From: Nitrosopumilus sp.
GTDB lineage: Archaea; Thermoproteota; Nitrososphaeria; Nitrososphaerales; Nitrosopumilaceae
Length of the DNA: 64,000 nucleotides
Assembly: GCA_965203315.1 (NCBI GenBank)
Contig: CBDBCE010000004.1
Coordinates: 96,001 to 160,000, forward strand
Direction of reading: 5' to 3'
Part shown: piece by piece, positions 51,332 to 60,576 of the stretch
Numbering within the stretch: position 1 is the first letter of the stretch
How the letters are laid out: every line of letters begins with the position of its first letter
Made by a program: the position numbers and the translations under genes
Notes under the pieces: model-generated
Database searches by the model: none
Told to the model about the DNA's origin: nothing
Seen by the model: only the letters and a program-made list of their open reading frames with translations

Positions 51332-52297
51332 CTAATCGAGATCAATATGACACGATATGTGATGCGTATCTGTGATCTGACGTAACTTTGGTTCGACCTC
51401 ACACTCTTTTATTGCATGCGGACATCTTGCTCTAAATTTACATCCCTCTAGTATCTGTGATGACTCTATGATTTTGATCTCTTTGGTCTTTGATAGATTT
51501 TCTGGATCAGGTTCTGATATTGCGCTTATCAAGGCTTGCGTGTATGGATGTTTTGGATTATCTAATACTTTTTGTATCGGTCCTATCTCAACTATGCTTC
51601 CTTGATACATCACTGCAATATTGTCTCCAAAATGTCTGGCAGTTGCAAGATCATGTGTGATGTAGATGAATGTTATGTTGTTTTTGGTTTGCAGATCTTT
51701 CATCAACTCTAAAATCTCTGCTCTTATTGAGACATCTAGCATAGATACTGGTTCATCTGCTATAATTATTCTCGGCTTCAATATCAATGCTCTTGCTAGT
51801 ACAACGCGTTGTCTCTGTCCTCCTGAGAGCATATGTGGATATCTATTGAGGATATCTTTTACTGATTCAAGCTTTACTTCACTCAGAACCTCTAGTAACC
51901 GTCCTCTTCGTTCTTTGGTATTTTTAGTACTGTGAATCTCTAATGGCTCAGATATGATATCTTTTACTTTCATTCTCGGATTGATCGAGTCGTATGGATC
52001 TTGTTGTACCATCTGGCAGTTTGCTCTAATCTCTTCTAGATTTGATTCGTCACTATGTACACCATCAAAGTATATCTTACCCGAATCTGGTTCTATTGCT
52101 CTTAGAATCAATCTTGCTATGGTAGATTTACCAGAACCTGACTCTCCTGCTATTACAAACACTTCATTCTGTTTAATTGAGAAAGATGCATCATCTACTG
52201 CCCGAACTCTAATCTCTGGTCCTAAAAATCCCTTCTTGACAAAATGTTTTGTTAAATGTTCTACTCGAAGTATCTCAGTGGTGTTATTTGATATCAC
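51332..52297 (-). CDS. Oligopeptide/dipeptide ABC ATP-binding subunit (OppF-like)
   Basis: GESGSGKST, LSGGQRQR, DEPVSMLD, HPYT. Confidence 0.92.
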   Translation of the reverse strand: MISNNTTEILRVEHLTKHFVKKGFLGPEIRVRAVDDASFSIKQNEVFVIAGESGSGKSTIARLILRAIEPDSGKIYFDGVHSDESNLEEIRANCQMVQQDPYDSINPRMKVKDIISEPLEIHSTKNTKERRGRLLEVLSEVKLESVKDILNRYPHMLSGGQRQRVVLARALILKPRIIIADEPVSMLDVSIRAEILELMKDLQTKNNITFIYITHDLATARHFGDNIAVMYQGSIVEIGPIQKVLDNPKHPYTQALISAISEPDPENLSKTKEIKIIESSQILEGCKFRARCPHAIKECEVEPKLRQITDTHHISCHIDLD

Positions 52298-52474
52298 TGG
52301 TGTGCATTAGACTCACTAGTATATCATTCATCTCTTTATTAGAGAGTCTGCATTTGATTGGTTCCTTTTAACTCATGGGGAGGAGGGCGGAGTGACTATG
52401 GAGTGTTATGAATGTCGTGTCAAACAATGTGTGTTGATTGGAATGATCTTGCAATGACCTTTGGTTACCGATAT

Positions 52475-52559
52475 GGATCTCTTCGGTTTATGTGGGATGA
52501 TATTGTACAAGACTGTTCTCACTGAATTTTCTCTATAGAATCATGTAGTACTTTTTCTG
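52475..52559. mobile_element. MITE family A, truncated copy 4
   Basis: GGATCTCTTCGGTTTATGTGGGATG... broken off at CTG-TA by MITE B. Confidence 0.8.
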
Positions 52560-52703
52560 TAGACTGTATGCATATTTCTTATGTCTCGTATATGTTTTGA
52601 GGTACAATGAAACACACATGTGTGATTTCTAAAGGCAAATTGGTTCATTGTTACCATGTTTGATGATTGGGTATGACACTCTCAATAATACGCATACAGT
52701 CTA
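52560..52703 (-). mobile_element. MITE family B, copy 5 (inverted)
   Basis: TAGACTGTATGCATATT ... AATACGCATACAGTCTA with TA at both ends. Confidence 0.88.
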
Positions 52704-52756
52704 CTGAACAGTTGAACAACGCAATAAAGAAAATTGAAGAACTGGAATACCAATAA

Positions 52757-53083
52757 TCAAGTCACATTTTCATCTTGTAATCTAGTTTTAACTTTCATAG
52801 AGTCGCCTAATTTGAATCCACTTCTATTTGTGTATAAATGAGCAAGGAACTGAAACAATACCTCCAACATACCTTTCTTCTTGAATGTCCTTATAGCTTT
52901 GTAATGGCAGAAACTATGGTTGACAGAATTCTTTGACATAATATCATCTAAAATAGAATTTAACATAGCTCTTTGTTCTGAATCTAAATTGCATATTACG
53001 ACATGAGAAATAGGTGCTTTATCTTGATGATTTGGTTTCGATAAATGCATATTCACTATAATATCATCAGACATGTAGATCAT
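52757..53083 (-). CDS. Hypothetical orphan protein
   Basis: 108-aa AT-rich ORF with TATA-like TTATAAAC upstream. Confidence 0.5.
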   Translation of the reverse strand: MIYMSDDIIVNMHLSKPNHQDKAPISHVVICNLDSEQRAMLNSILDDIMSKNSVNHSFCHYKAIRTFKKKGMLEVLFQFLAHLYTNRSGFKLGDSMKVKTRLQDENVT

Positions 53084-53111
53084 ATATTGAATCTTGTTTA
53101 TAATAGTTGTT

Positions 53112-53124
53112 GGGGGGGGGGGGG
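53112..53124 (+). repeat. Poly-G (13) tract
   Basis: TTTATAATAGTTGTT-G13-TCTG. Confidence 0.85.
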
Positions 53125-53349
53125 TCTGTTACATCTTCGAGACCTGAGAATTTAGGTATAAAACCAGATCGCAATAATGTGATAATGGTACGATGTTATA
53201 TTCCATTTGATCGTTCTAGATCGATTCTGTAGTTCGGGAGATTGAAATTTGAGGACTAGAGATCGCAAAATCTGGGATCCAAAGAATCACTAGATTGATT
53301 AAAATCCAATCTTGAGCACTAGTTCGCATACTATATCATACTATCATAC

Positions 53350-53489
53350 TAGACTGTCTGCGTATTATTGAGTGCTCATGTCCAATCATCAAACATGGTA
53401 ACAATGAATCAATTTGCCTTTGGAAATTACACATGTGTTTTACTGTACCTTAAAATGTGCATATGATGTAAGAAATACACATACAGTCT
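53350..53489 (+). mobile_element. MITE family B, copy 6
   Basis: TAGACTGTCTGCGTATT ... AATACACATACAGTCT. Confidence 0.86.
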
Positions 53490-53622
53490 CATGATAATTT
53501 TACTATGAGTATAATTCCACGAACTCTCCTAAATTCTAAATACCCTCGATGAGTTACAAGAACCTGCATCAAGCAACAGATTATGGTTAGATCTGAACTA
53601 TTCATTTATGTGATGCTATTAT

Positions 53623-54663
53623 GTGCATGCCTATGTGAGCGATGTCTCAAACAGTACATACAAGAGATACGTTGTGGATCCAAGACTACGTTACTTTAAA
53701 CCTCATACTGCTACAATTGACGAAAACTTTGCTGACGAGGTTACTTTTGGCCTGACATCCGTACCTCGTTTCATTCTACCAAAATTTTTCTATGACTCAT
53801 ATGGCTCAAAACTCTTTGATGAGATATGTTCTTTACCGGAATATTACTTGACTCGAGCCGAGATCTCTATACTGCGTGACATACGCACAAAACTTGGTCT
53901 CTTTCTAGATAGTGATACTAGATTGGTAGAACTAGGTAGTGGAACATCTACCAAAACTCGTCTTCTTTTGGACATACTGTTTGATATTACTTTAGATGTA
54001 GAGTACTTTCCAATAGATATCTCTGATATTCTGACAGAGAGCTCGGAGCTTTTGTTACGTGATTATCCACAGCTACGTGTAACTGGCATAATTGATACTT
54101 TTGATGGCGGGCTAGAATTTTTACAGACTTTTGATAAAAAAAGAAATCTCTTGATCTTTCTCGGCTCGAGCTTTGGAAACTTTGCTCCTGAGCAGGGCCG
54201 TGCTTTTTTACAAAAGATCTATGACATCATAAAGCCAGGAGATCTATTTTTGATTGGACTAGATCTAGTAAAAGACGTAAATATTATTGAAGCGGCTTAT
54301 AACGATCTACAAGGCGTCACAGCAAAATTTAATCTAAATGTCCTGTCTAGAATTAATAATGAACTCGATGCTGACTTTGTTCTAGACAACTTTGAACATT
54401 ATGCATTTTATAATCCTGACCTTCAACGAGTTGAGATGTATATACGTTCATTAACAAACCAATCGGTTATAGCGACAAAAACCAATATGAAGTTATTACT
54501 AAAAAATAACGAATTGATTCATACAGAATTTTCATACAAGTATAAACAATCCCAAATTCATACGCTTTTATCTGATGTAGGGTTTGATGTAAAACAGATG
54601 TGGACTGACAAAGATAATCTATTCTCATTGACTCTGGCTTCTAAACCTAATCTGCACATCTAA
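53623..54663 (+). CDS. egtD: L-histidine N-alpha-methyltransferase
   Basis: PKFFYDSYGSKLFDEICSLPEYYLTRAE, ELGSG, AYND, FNLNVL, IHTEFSYKY. Confidence 0.93.
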   Translation: MHAYVSDVSNSTYKRYVVDPRLRYFKPHTATIDENFADEVTFGLTSVPRFILPKFFYDSYGSKLFDEICSLPEYYLTRAEISILRDIRTKLGLFLDSDTRLVELGSGTSTKTRLLLDILFDITLDVEYFPIDISDILTESSELLLRDYPQLRVTGIIDTFDGGLEFLQTFDKKRNLLIFLGSSFGNFAPEQGRAFLQKIYDIIKPGDLFLIGLDLVKDVNIIEAAYNDLQGVTAKFNLNVLSRINNELDADFVLDNFEHYAFYNPDLQRVEMYIRSLTNQSVIATKTNMKLLLKNNELIHTEFSYKYKQSQIHTLLSDVGFDVKQMWTDKDNLFSLTLASKPNLHI

Positions 54664-55945
54664 ACCCTGCAAACATCCATCTCTCATCTAATCGGAAAAA
54701 GTTTCTATAACTTGCTCTTATTGACATGGAGGGAGTGGCAAATGATCCACCCCGTAATACTTTTTGATTTGTAAACCACTTGTCATTATATTCATCAAAC
54801 CCTGACTTGAATCCTGGATATCCCATAAACTCTGACGATGTCCATTCCCACACATCGCCTATCATCTGATGGCATCCAGACGGACTGACTCCATCCGGAA
54901 ATGAACCTACTTTGGTACAGCGCCAATTATGCGACTCTAATAAATTACATCTAGACTCGTCTGGTGGGTCATTGCCCCATGGAAATATTGTCTTCTCTTG
55001 CATGATATCGTTCCAACATGCCGCCTTTTCCCATTCTGCTTCGGTCGGAAGTCGTCTTTTTGCCCACTTTGCGTATGCATCTGCTTCATAATAGCTTACA
55101 TGACATACGGGTTCGTCCAGATCGATCTCTCGCGGTCCTGCAAAATCGTTAATGTACCACTTGTCATCCTTCATCTCCCAATACATTGGAGCTTTCCAGT
55201 TGTTTGTTTTGACCTTCTCCCATCCATCAGCCAACCAGTACTTGTAAGTCTCATATCCGCCATCTCTCATAAATTGCATATATGAGCCGTTTGTAACAGG
55301 ATATGCATCTATGGTATAGTCATTTAGAAAGACCTTGTGCTCTGGGAGTTCGATATCATAACAATAGTCTTTACCACTATATCCCATTGTATACATACCA
55401 CCTTTTATTGCAATCTGTTTATGTACGACACTGTCATTATGTGAAGTGTTATTGATCTTTACTGGTCTGTAATTGGATCCTAGCATGTGTTGTAGATCAT
55501 ATATCAAAAGTTCCTGATGCTGACATTCGTGATGACATCCCATCATCAAAAGTCTCATCTGTTCACTCGTAAGAGTATGTTCCTTGATGAACTCTTTGGT
55601 TCGTTGTGTTATTATCTCAAAGTATTCTAGAATCTGTGATGTGGTGGGTCTTGAGACTATGCCACGTCGCCCTTTATCGTGCGGTGTACCAAACTGCTGA
55701 TAATATGAGTTGAGATATGTTACAAACTCTCTTGAATAATACTCATAGTTTGAATCTATCTTGTCCATTATCGCTTCATATATCCAACTTACGTGACCCA
55801 TGTGCCATTTTGGAGGACTAGTAAAATGTTCAGTTTGAATAGTATAATCGTCAGACTCTAGCGTCTTAACTATCTCCAAAGTTTTGTCTCGTGTGTCTAT
55901 AAATGATTGAATTAGCGAAATCTCAACCTCTGAACTTGTAGACAT
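54647..55945 (-). CDS. egtB: Ergothioneine biosynthesis sulfoxide synthase (DinB plus FGE-sulfatase domains)
   Basis: SPPKWHMGH, HECQHQELL iron motif, RLPTEAEWE, GDVWEWT, RASYRNFF. Confidence 0.9.
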   Translation of the reverse strand: MSTSSEVEISLIQSFIDTRDKTLEIVKTLESDDYTIQTEHFTSPPKWHMGHVSWIYEAIMDKIDSNYEYYSREFVTYLNSYYQQFGTPHDKGRRGIVSRPTTSQILEYFEIITQRTKEFIKEHTLTSEQMRLLMMGCHHECQHQELLIYDLQHMLGSNYRPVKINNTSHNDSVVHKQIAIKGGMYTMGYSGKDYCYDIELPEHKVFLNDYTIDAYPVTNGSYMQFMRDGGYETYKYWLADGWEKVKTNNWKAPMYWEMKDDKWYINDFAGPREIDLDEPVCHVSYYEADAYAKWAKRRLPTEAEWEKAACWNDIMQEKTIFPWGNDPPDESRCNLLESHNWRCTKVGSFPDGVSPSGCHQMIGDVWEWTSSEFMGYPGFKSGFDEYNDKWFTNQKVLRGGSFATPSMSIRASYRNFFRLDERWMFAGFRCAD

Positions 55946-55983
55946 ATTTTACATCTATTGACATTTATTATATTTGTATATCA

Positions 55984-56095
55984 GGATCTCTTCGGTTTAC
56001 ATGAGATGGAATTTCGCAAGGCGTTTCCATAATTTTTCTATATAGGATATTGGTGTTTTCTGTAACCGTTCATTTCACATAAACCGAGGAGATCC
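55984..56095. mobile_element. MITE family A, copy 5
   Basis: GGATCTCTTCGGTTTACATGAGATG ... CATTTCACATAAACCGAGGAGATCC. Confidence 0.82.
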
Positions 56096-56415
56096 GATCA
56101 TTATACTGATACTAGAATCTTGAGAACAATCATATGATGATGTTGTACTGTTCATTTCGAGTACACACCGTGTAGCATTTGATTGTGTCGTTAAAACTTG
56201 ATCTAAATCTTTCGTCTAACATTCCATTTTGGCTCTCTGTAGAACGCATTTGGGGGAAAGATGGTGCTTCGATACCTCACATACACGCCAGAGATGTCAT
56301 CCACCACGCCTGAGGTGGCGATTTGATACCGTATGGATGTGCAGGCATATCTGTTATTCCAAAACGCAGAGTAAATTACTAAAGTTTTTATGGTAAAGTC
56401 TTTGTGCTCTAGTAC

Positions 56416-56586
56416 ATGAGTAGTAAAAAGAAGTCAGCTCCACTACCGGCGTCAAGTGGAGGTCTGATGAGATTCTTTGAAGATGAAACAAAGGGCTTTA
56501 AAATAGATCCTAGAATAGTAGTATCGATTCCAATAGGCTTGATTGCGATCTCATGGGCATTAGATCTATTTCTAGTATCTCCGTGA
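56416..56586 (+). CDS. Preprotein translocase subunit Sec61beta
   Basis: Below the ORF-track cutoff: MSSKKKSAPLPASSGGLMRFFEDETKGFKIDPRIVV plus one TM segment. Confidence 0.9.
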   Translation: MSSKKKSAPLPASSGGLMRFFEDETKGFKIDPRIVVSIPIGLIAISWALDLFLVSP

Positions 56587-56587
56587 T

Positions 56588-58342
56588 GTGATAATGGCTA
56601 GCGAGACAGATGGGGTCTCAAACATACATAATAGATTCTCTCTCACCTTGATAAACCCCGCATCACATTACTTTTCTCTAGTTGCATCACTAGGTATTGC
56701 GGCAGTAATAGCGATCACTACATACTTTGCATATATTCCACATGTCGACGAGTCTCAGATATGGTATAGGGTTCCTGCAATTGTCGGAGTACTTGCATTA
56801 GCTCAAATTTTGGATACTAGATATACCAAGAAAAAAGAATACTCCAAGTCTCTACATTCCTCGTTATTTGCAAACATGTTGTGGATCGTAACCATGCTAG
56901 TTGGTCTAGCAGCAAGTACAATCTTGGAAAAAGAGATCACATTGTTTTTTATAACTCTTGGAATGTTTCTCTTTGCAAGTTTTAGAATTGGTATCTATAC
57001 TGCAACGCTAGGAATCAATCTTACAAAGGCATGGGCTACATGCTTTATACAACCGTTAGCAATGTTTCTAGTACTAATTCCAACAGATCTTTGGGTACCT
57101 ATGTTGACAGATCCACTGTCTCTTGTATATGGTGTATCATTCATGGTAATTGCAAGTGTCTGGTCGGTAATGACAGACAGAGCTGGACGACCAGGAATGG
57201 ACAGCACGCACAAGACGATCCAAGCATATCTTGCATCACAGGGTAATGACTTTACAGATGCCGAGAAGATAATGGAGCAGCGCTCAAGCGAGACCCAAGT
57301 ATCTACCTCTCAGATACGATTTGAATCTTCAGACGGTAAGAACGAATTTCGTATGGTCTTGCCAGAGATACATCCTGGACCATATCATCCTGTTGGAGGG
57401 AGTAACATACCATACCTGATATACAAAAACTTGAACTCTTCTGCAATGGTGATGCATAGCATATCTGATCATGCATTAAATCTTCCATCACGAAATGAGG
57501 TCAAGAACTATCTCCAAAGTCTAGCATACAGCAAAGTACGAGAGACAGGTATGTATTGCACAGAGCCGGTAATGGTTCAGATAAACAAAGCACGAGTCAC
57601 TGGTCTGTTGTTTGGAAATAGTCCTCTCTTGTTTTTGTCATTATCGCCGCATGGAATGGAAGATATTCCAAATTACATGAAGATCAATATAGAGGAATAC
57701 GCAAAGACAAAAGACTATGCTAGAACAATGATCGTAGACTGTCACAATGCAATGGGACAAGAGATCTCGAATGAAGATGGAGAAGATATGTTCAAGGCAG
57801 CAAAGTCATGCTTGGATACACTAGGTACAAGAAAGAGTTTTGAGTTAGAGTTTGGATATGCAAACTCTGACAGCATGAATGTCTGGACAGAGGACTTGGG
57901 AATGGGAGGATTAGGCATTGTGTGTCTAAAGATCAATGGTAAGAGATACTTTCTAGGATGGGCCGATGCCAACAACATGGAGAACGGTATCCGTGAAAAG
58001 ATTGTGTCAAACTTTGCTAGTCGTGGTCTCAACCTACTAGAGATGTGCACGTCTGATACTCATTATGCTCCGGTAAAGGCTAGAAACAAGAATGGATATT
58101 ATCAACTAGGATTGATAACCAGCGCAGACAAGATCACTGAATGGCTATTAGATATTGCAAAGCGTGCAGAAAAGTCGACACATGCCGCAAAATTTGAGAT
58201 ACTGGAGAACAAGACAGATGTAAGAGTGATGGGACAAGGAATCTTTAAAGACTATTCCAAAGCTCTTGACAACTCTCTAAAAATCACGAAAGGATTCTTG
58301 ATTGGTGGAATAATCTTCTTTCTAACTAGTCTCTTTCTATGA
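56588..58342 (+). CDS. DUF2070 family membrane protein
   Basis: Multi-TM N-terminus; IHPGP, GGSN, VDCHN, DANN, TSDTH motifs. Confidence 0.85.
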   Translation: MIMASETDGVSNIHNRFSLTLINPASHYFSLVASLGIAAVIAITTYFAYIPHVDESQIWYRVPAIVGVLALAQILDTRYTKKKEYSKSLHSSLFANMLWIVTMLVGLAASTILEKEITLFFITLGMFLFASFRIGIYTATLGINLTKAWATCFIQPLAMFLVLIPTDLWVPMLTDPLSLVYGVSFMVIASVWSVMTDRAGRPGMDSTHKTIQAYLASQGNDFTDAEKIMEQRSSETQVSTSQIRFESSDGKNEFRMVLPEIHPGPYHPVGGSNIPYLIYKNLNSSAMVMHSISDHALNLPSRNEVKNYLQSLAYSKVRETGMYCTEPVMVQINKARVTGLLFGNSPLLFLSLSPHGMEDIPNYMKINIEEYAKTKDYARTMIVDCHNAMGQEISNEDGEDMFKAAKSCLDTLGTRKSFELEFGYANSDSMNVWTEDLGMGGLGIVCLKINGKRYFLGWADANNMENGIREKIVSNFASRGLNLLEMCTSDTHYAPVKARNKNGYYQLGLITSADKITEWLLDIAKRAEKSTHAAKFEILENKTDVRVMGQGIFKDYSKALDNSLKITKGFLIGGIIFFLTSLFL

Positions 58343-58973
58343 TGTGCATCATGTCTATGTTACCATAAAACTCATCGAGGAATGACTCGAATTGATGTAT
58401 AGGTACAATTGGAACCTTGTCGACAAAACTGACACAATCTTGGTATAGTGTGACTATGACTGGCACAGCTGATGGTTGGGTTGTCTTTGTGATGTATTGA
58501 CGTGCACGTTCGATCTGTTTTTTAATAATCTGTGTTGGTATGCGGCTGCGACTCCAGTGTTTACAATCGATCAAGATCGATATACCTAAACGAGTACCAA
58601 CTACATCGATCTCCATCTTGGGTTTGGTTAGAAACAGATTTTTAGATACAACAAAGTTATGTGACGCAAGGATCTCAGCTGTAAATCCCTCAAAGTCTCG
58701 CCAGTCAATTGCTTCGGATATGTCGCCTATGTCAAATCCAGAATTCAACATATCTAGCGCAATATCGATCTTTGCTCCTGCTGTAAATTGATATGCACCA
58801 TTTTCATATACAGCAAAACTGGCCGACACCAACGAATCAAGTATCTTTGTTGAGTCGTTCTCACTTATCCCTGTGGTGGTTATAAAATCTTGAACAGATA
58901 CACCTCCTACAGCTATACCTCGTAGACCCTCGATCATCTTTGGATGAAATCTAGTCATATCTGGACTCATCAA
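58326..58973 (-). CDS. PD-(D/E)XK restriction-endonuclease-like (Mrr-type) protein
   Basis: WRDFEGF, EIDVVG, IDCKHW. Confidence 0.75.
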   Translation of the reverse strand: MMSPDMTRFHPKMIEGLRGIAVGGVSVQDFITTTGISENDSTKILDSLVSASFAVYENGAYQFTAGAKIDIALDMLNSGFDIGDISEAIDWRDFEGFTAEILASHNFVVSKNLFLTKPKMEIDVVGTRLGISILIDCKHWSRSRIPTQIIKKQIERARQYITKTTQPSAVPVIVTLYQDCVSFVDKVPIVPIHQFESFLDEFYGNIDMMHIIERD

Positions 58974-59246
58974 TCTATAGATAAAAACGATTTATTCTGC
59001 GTATTGTTCTCTTCTAGTAACACTACTGTGATATCATTTTTTTAAATTGCTGATGTATGTATTGGTGCATATAATCAGCACGAGTACAAACACCTTGCAC
59101 TTTGAATATTTATCTTGAATATTTACGCAAACTTCAACCATGTTGTACTATTTAAAACATAATGGAAAGATTATCTCTTTGTATCTAAATTGTATGTGAT
59201 AGTGACTCTACAAAATTGATTTTGTTTTCAAGTTATATATAGAATA

Positions 59247-59831
59247 TTGAAATACATGAATGTGCCCGAACGCGAATTCTCTAATTCCTTATGGCATGTG
59301 GGGTGGAAACGCATCGATGATGGTAGATGGTTAATCTGCTATATGGACAATGCTTCTAGATTTGTAACAGGTTATGATACCTTTGAACACACTACAGTAG
59401 AGAATACACTACTGGTGCTAGACAAGGCCATCAAAGATCACGGACGACCTGCGTCAATACTGACTAGTCATAAAAAACAGTTCTATGCAAGCGAGTCTGA
59501 AGCCGAGAAAAATGTCGCATCCCAATTTGAGATGAGATTGGTAGAGCTGGGCATCAAACAAATCTTCGCGCGAGCAAATCAATCGTATACTAATAACAGA
59601 CTAGCTAGACTATTCAGTGAAGTACAGCGCAAGCTACCAGCGTTTGAGGCAATTATGCAAAGAGTGAGTGATCCTGTCGATCTATTCATGAAATGGTACA
59701 ACTATGACCGACCACACATGTCTCTTGGAAAAGGTGGGTACGAGACGCCACATGAAGCATTTAATCGAAAAATGCCAAAAGAAGGAACAGTTATTGACGA
59801 GTCGTCAGGAGATGAACACCATGTCAAATGA
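59247..59831 (+). CDS. IS481-type integrase-core protein with substituted catalytic residues
   Basis: Collinear with the 47-kb transposase (SNSLWH, LICYMDNASR, YNYDRPHMSL, TPHEAF) but the D, D and E positions read G, S and A. Confidence 0.75.
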   Translation: MKYMNVPEREFSNSLWHVGWKRIDDGRWLICYMDNASRFVTGYDTFEHTTVENTLLVLDKAIKDHGRPASILTSHKKQFYASESEAEKNVASQFEMRLVELGIKQIFARANQSYTNNRLARLFSEVQRKLPAFEAIMQRVSDPVDLFMKWYNYDRPHMSLGKGGYETPHEAFNRKMPKEGTVIDESSGDEHHVK

Positions 59832-59957
59832 AGGGGTGAACGACTTTTCATATCCCACAATTTACTTTTGGCTTTCCATGGGATCAAATATCAAAGAACT
59901 TGAACTTGAAATCAATACCTTAATTATTTGAAATTTAAGTGTATTTGGATGTATTAT

Positions 59958-60072
59958 GAATCTTTTCGATTTACGTGGGATGGCATTTTACAAGGCTGTT
60001 TTTACTAATTTTTTCCTATACCTCATAGTGCTGTTTCTATACCATTCTATCCCACATAAATCGAAAAGATCC
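59958..60072. mobile_element. MITE family A, copy 6
   Basis: GAATCTTTTCGATTTACGTGGGATGG ... CTATCCCACATAAATCGAAAAGATCC. Confidence 0.86.
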
Positions 60073-60385
60073 CAGATAAGAACAAGAAGAAAGGAACAAT
60101 CAAGTTTGAGATGAGATTGGCAAAAGTAGGGATACAACACATTCTTGGACAAGTAAATCGTCCGGAGACCAATGGTAAAGTGGAACAACTATTTGGAGAG
60201 GTAGATCTCGAATTTCCAGTATTTGCAGGATACATGCAACGAACAAGTGATCCAGTAGATATGTTCATGAAATAGTACAACTATGAACGCCTCCACATGT
60301 CTCTCAATATCGACATCAGATACACCATACAAAGCGTTTATCAACAAACAACCTCCAAAATGAGTAGAAATCGATGACCAGTAAG
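60073..60385 (+). pseudogene. 3' remnant of an IS481-type transposase
   Basis: FEMRLAKVGIQHILGQVNRPETNGKVEQLFGEV...SDPVDMFMK*YNYERLHMSL; internal stop, 5' end cut at MITE A. Confidence 0.8.
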
Positions 60386-60576
60386 AAAAATACCACATAA
60401 CCCGGGGCAACCACTTTCCGGATCCTACAATCAAATGACGTGATGAACAACTCTTTATATCACTCAGTGTGAAATGATGAGGTCTATTCATATTCCACAA
60501 ATGTGGGGGTGAATAACAAACCATATCTAATATTCGATCAGCCAATTTTTATTACAAGTGATATCTCAAGGCATTT

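Noticed and set aside
56230-56345. GC-richer stretch with a CCACC...GGTGG hairpin as an ncRNA
   Set aside because: No tRNA, SRP or RNase P features; a single short hairpin is insufficient.
58326-58973. Mrr-like nuclease as partner of a methyltransferase in the window
   Set aside because: Far from both MTases and has core-like composition; more likely a conserved housekeeping PD-(D/E)XK protein.
12501-60072. Repeats as a CRISPR array or integron attC sites
   Set aside because: Copies are dispersed, 115-180 bp, in both orientations, with terminal inverted repeats; there is no spacer periodicity, cas gene or tyrosine integrase.
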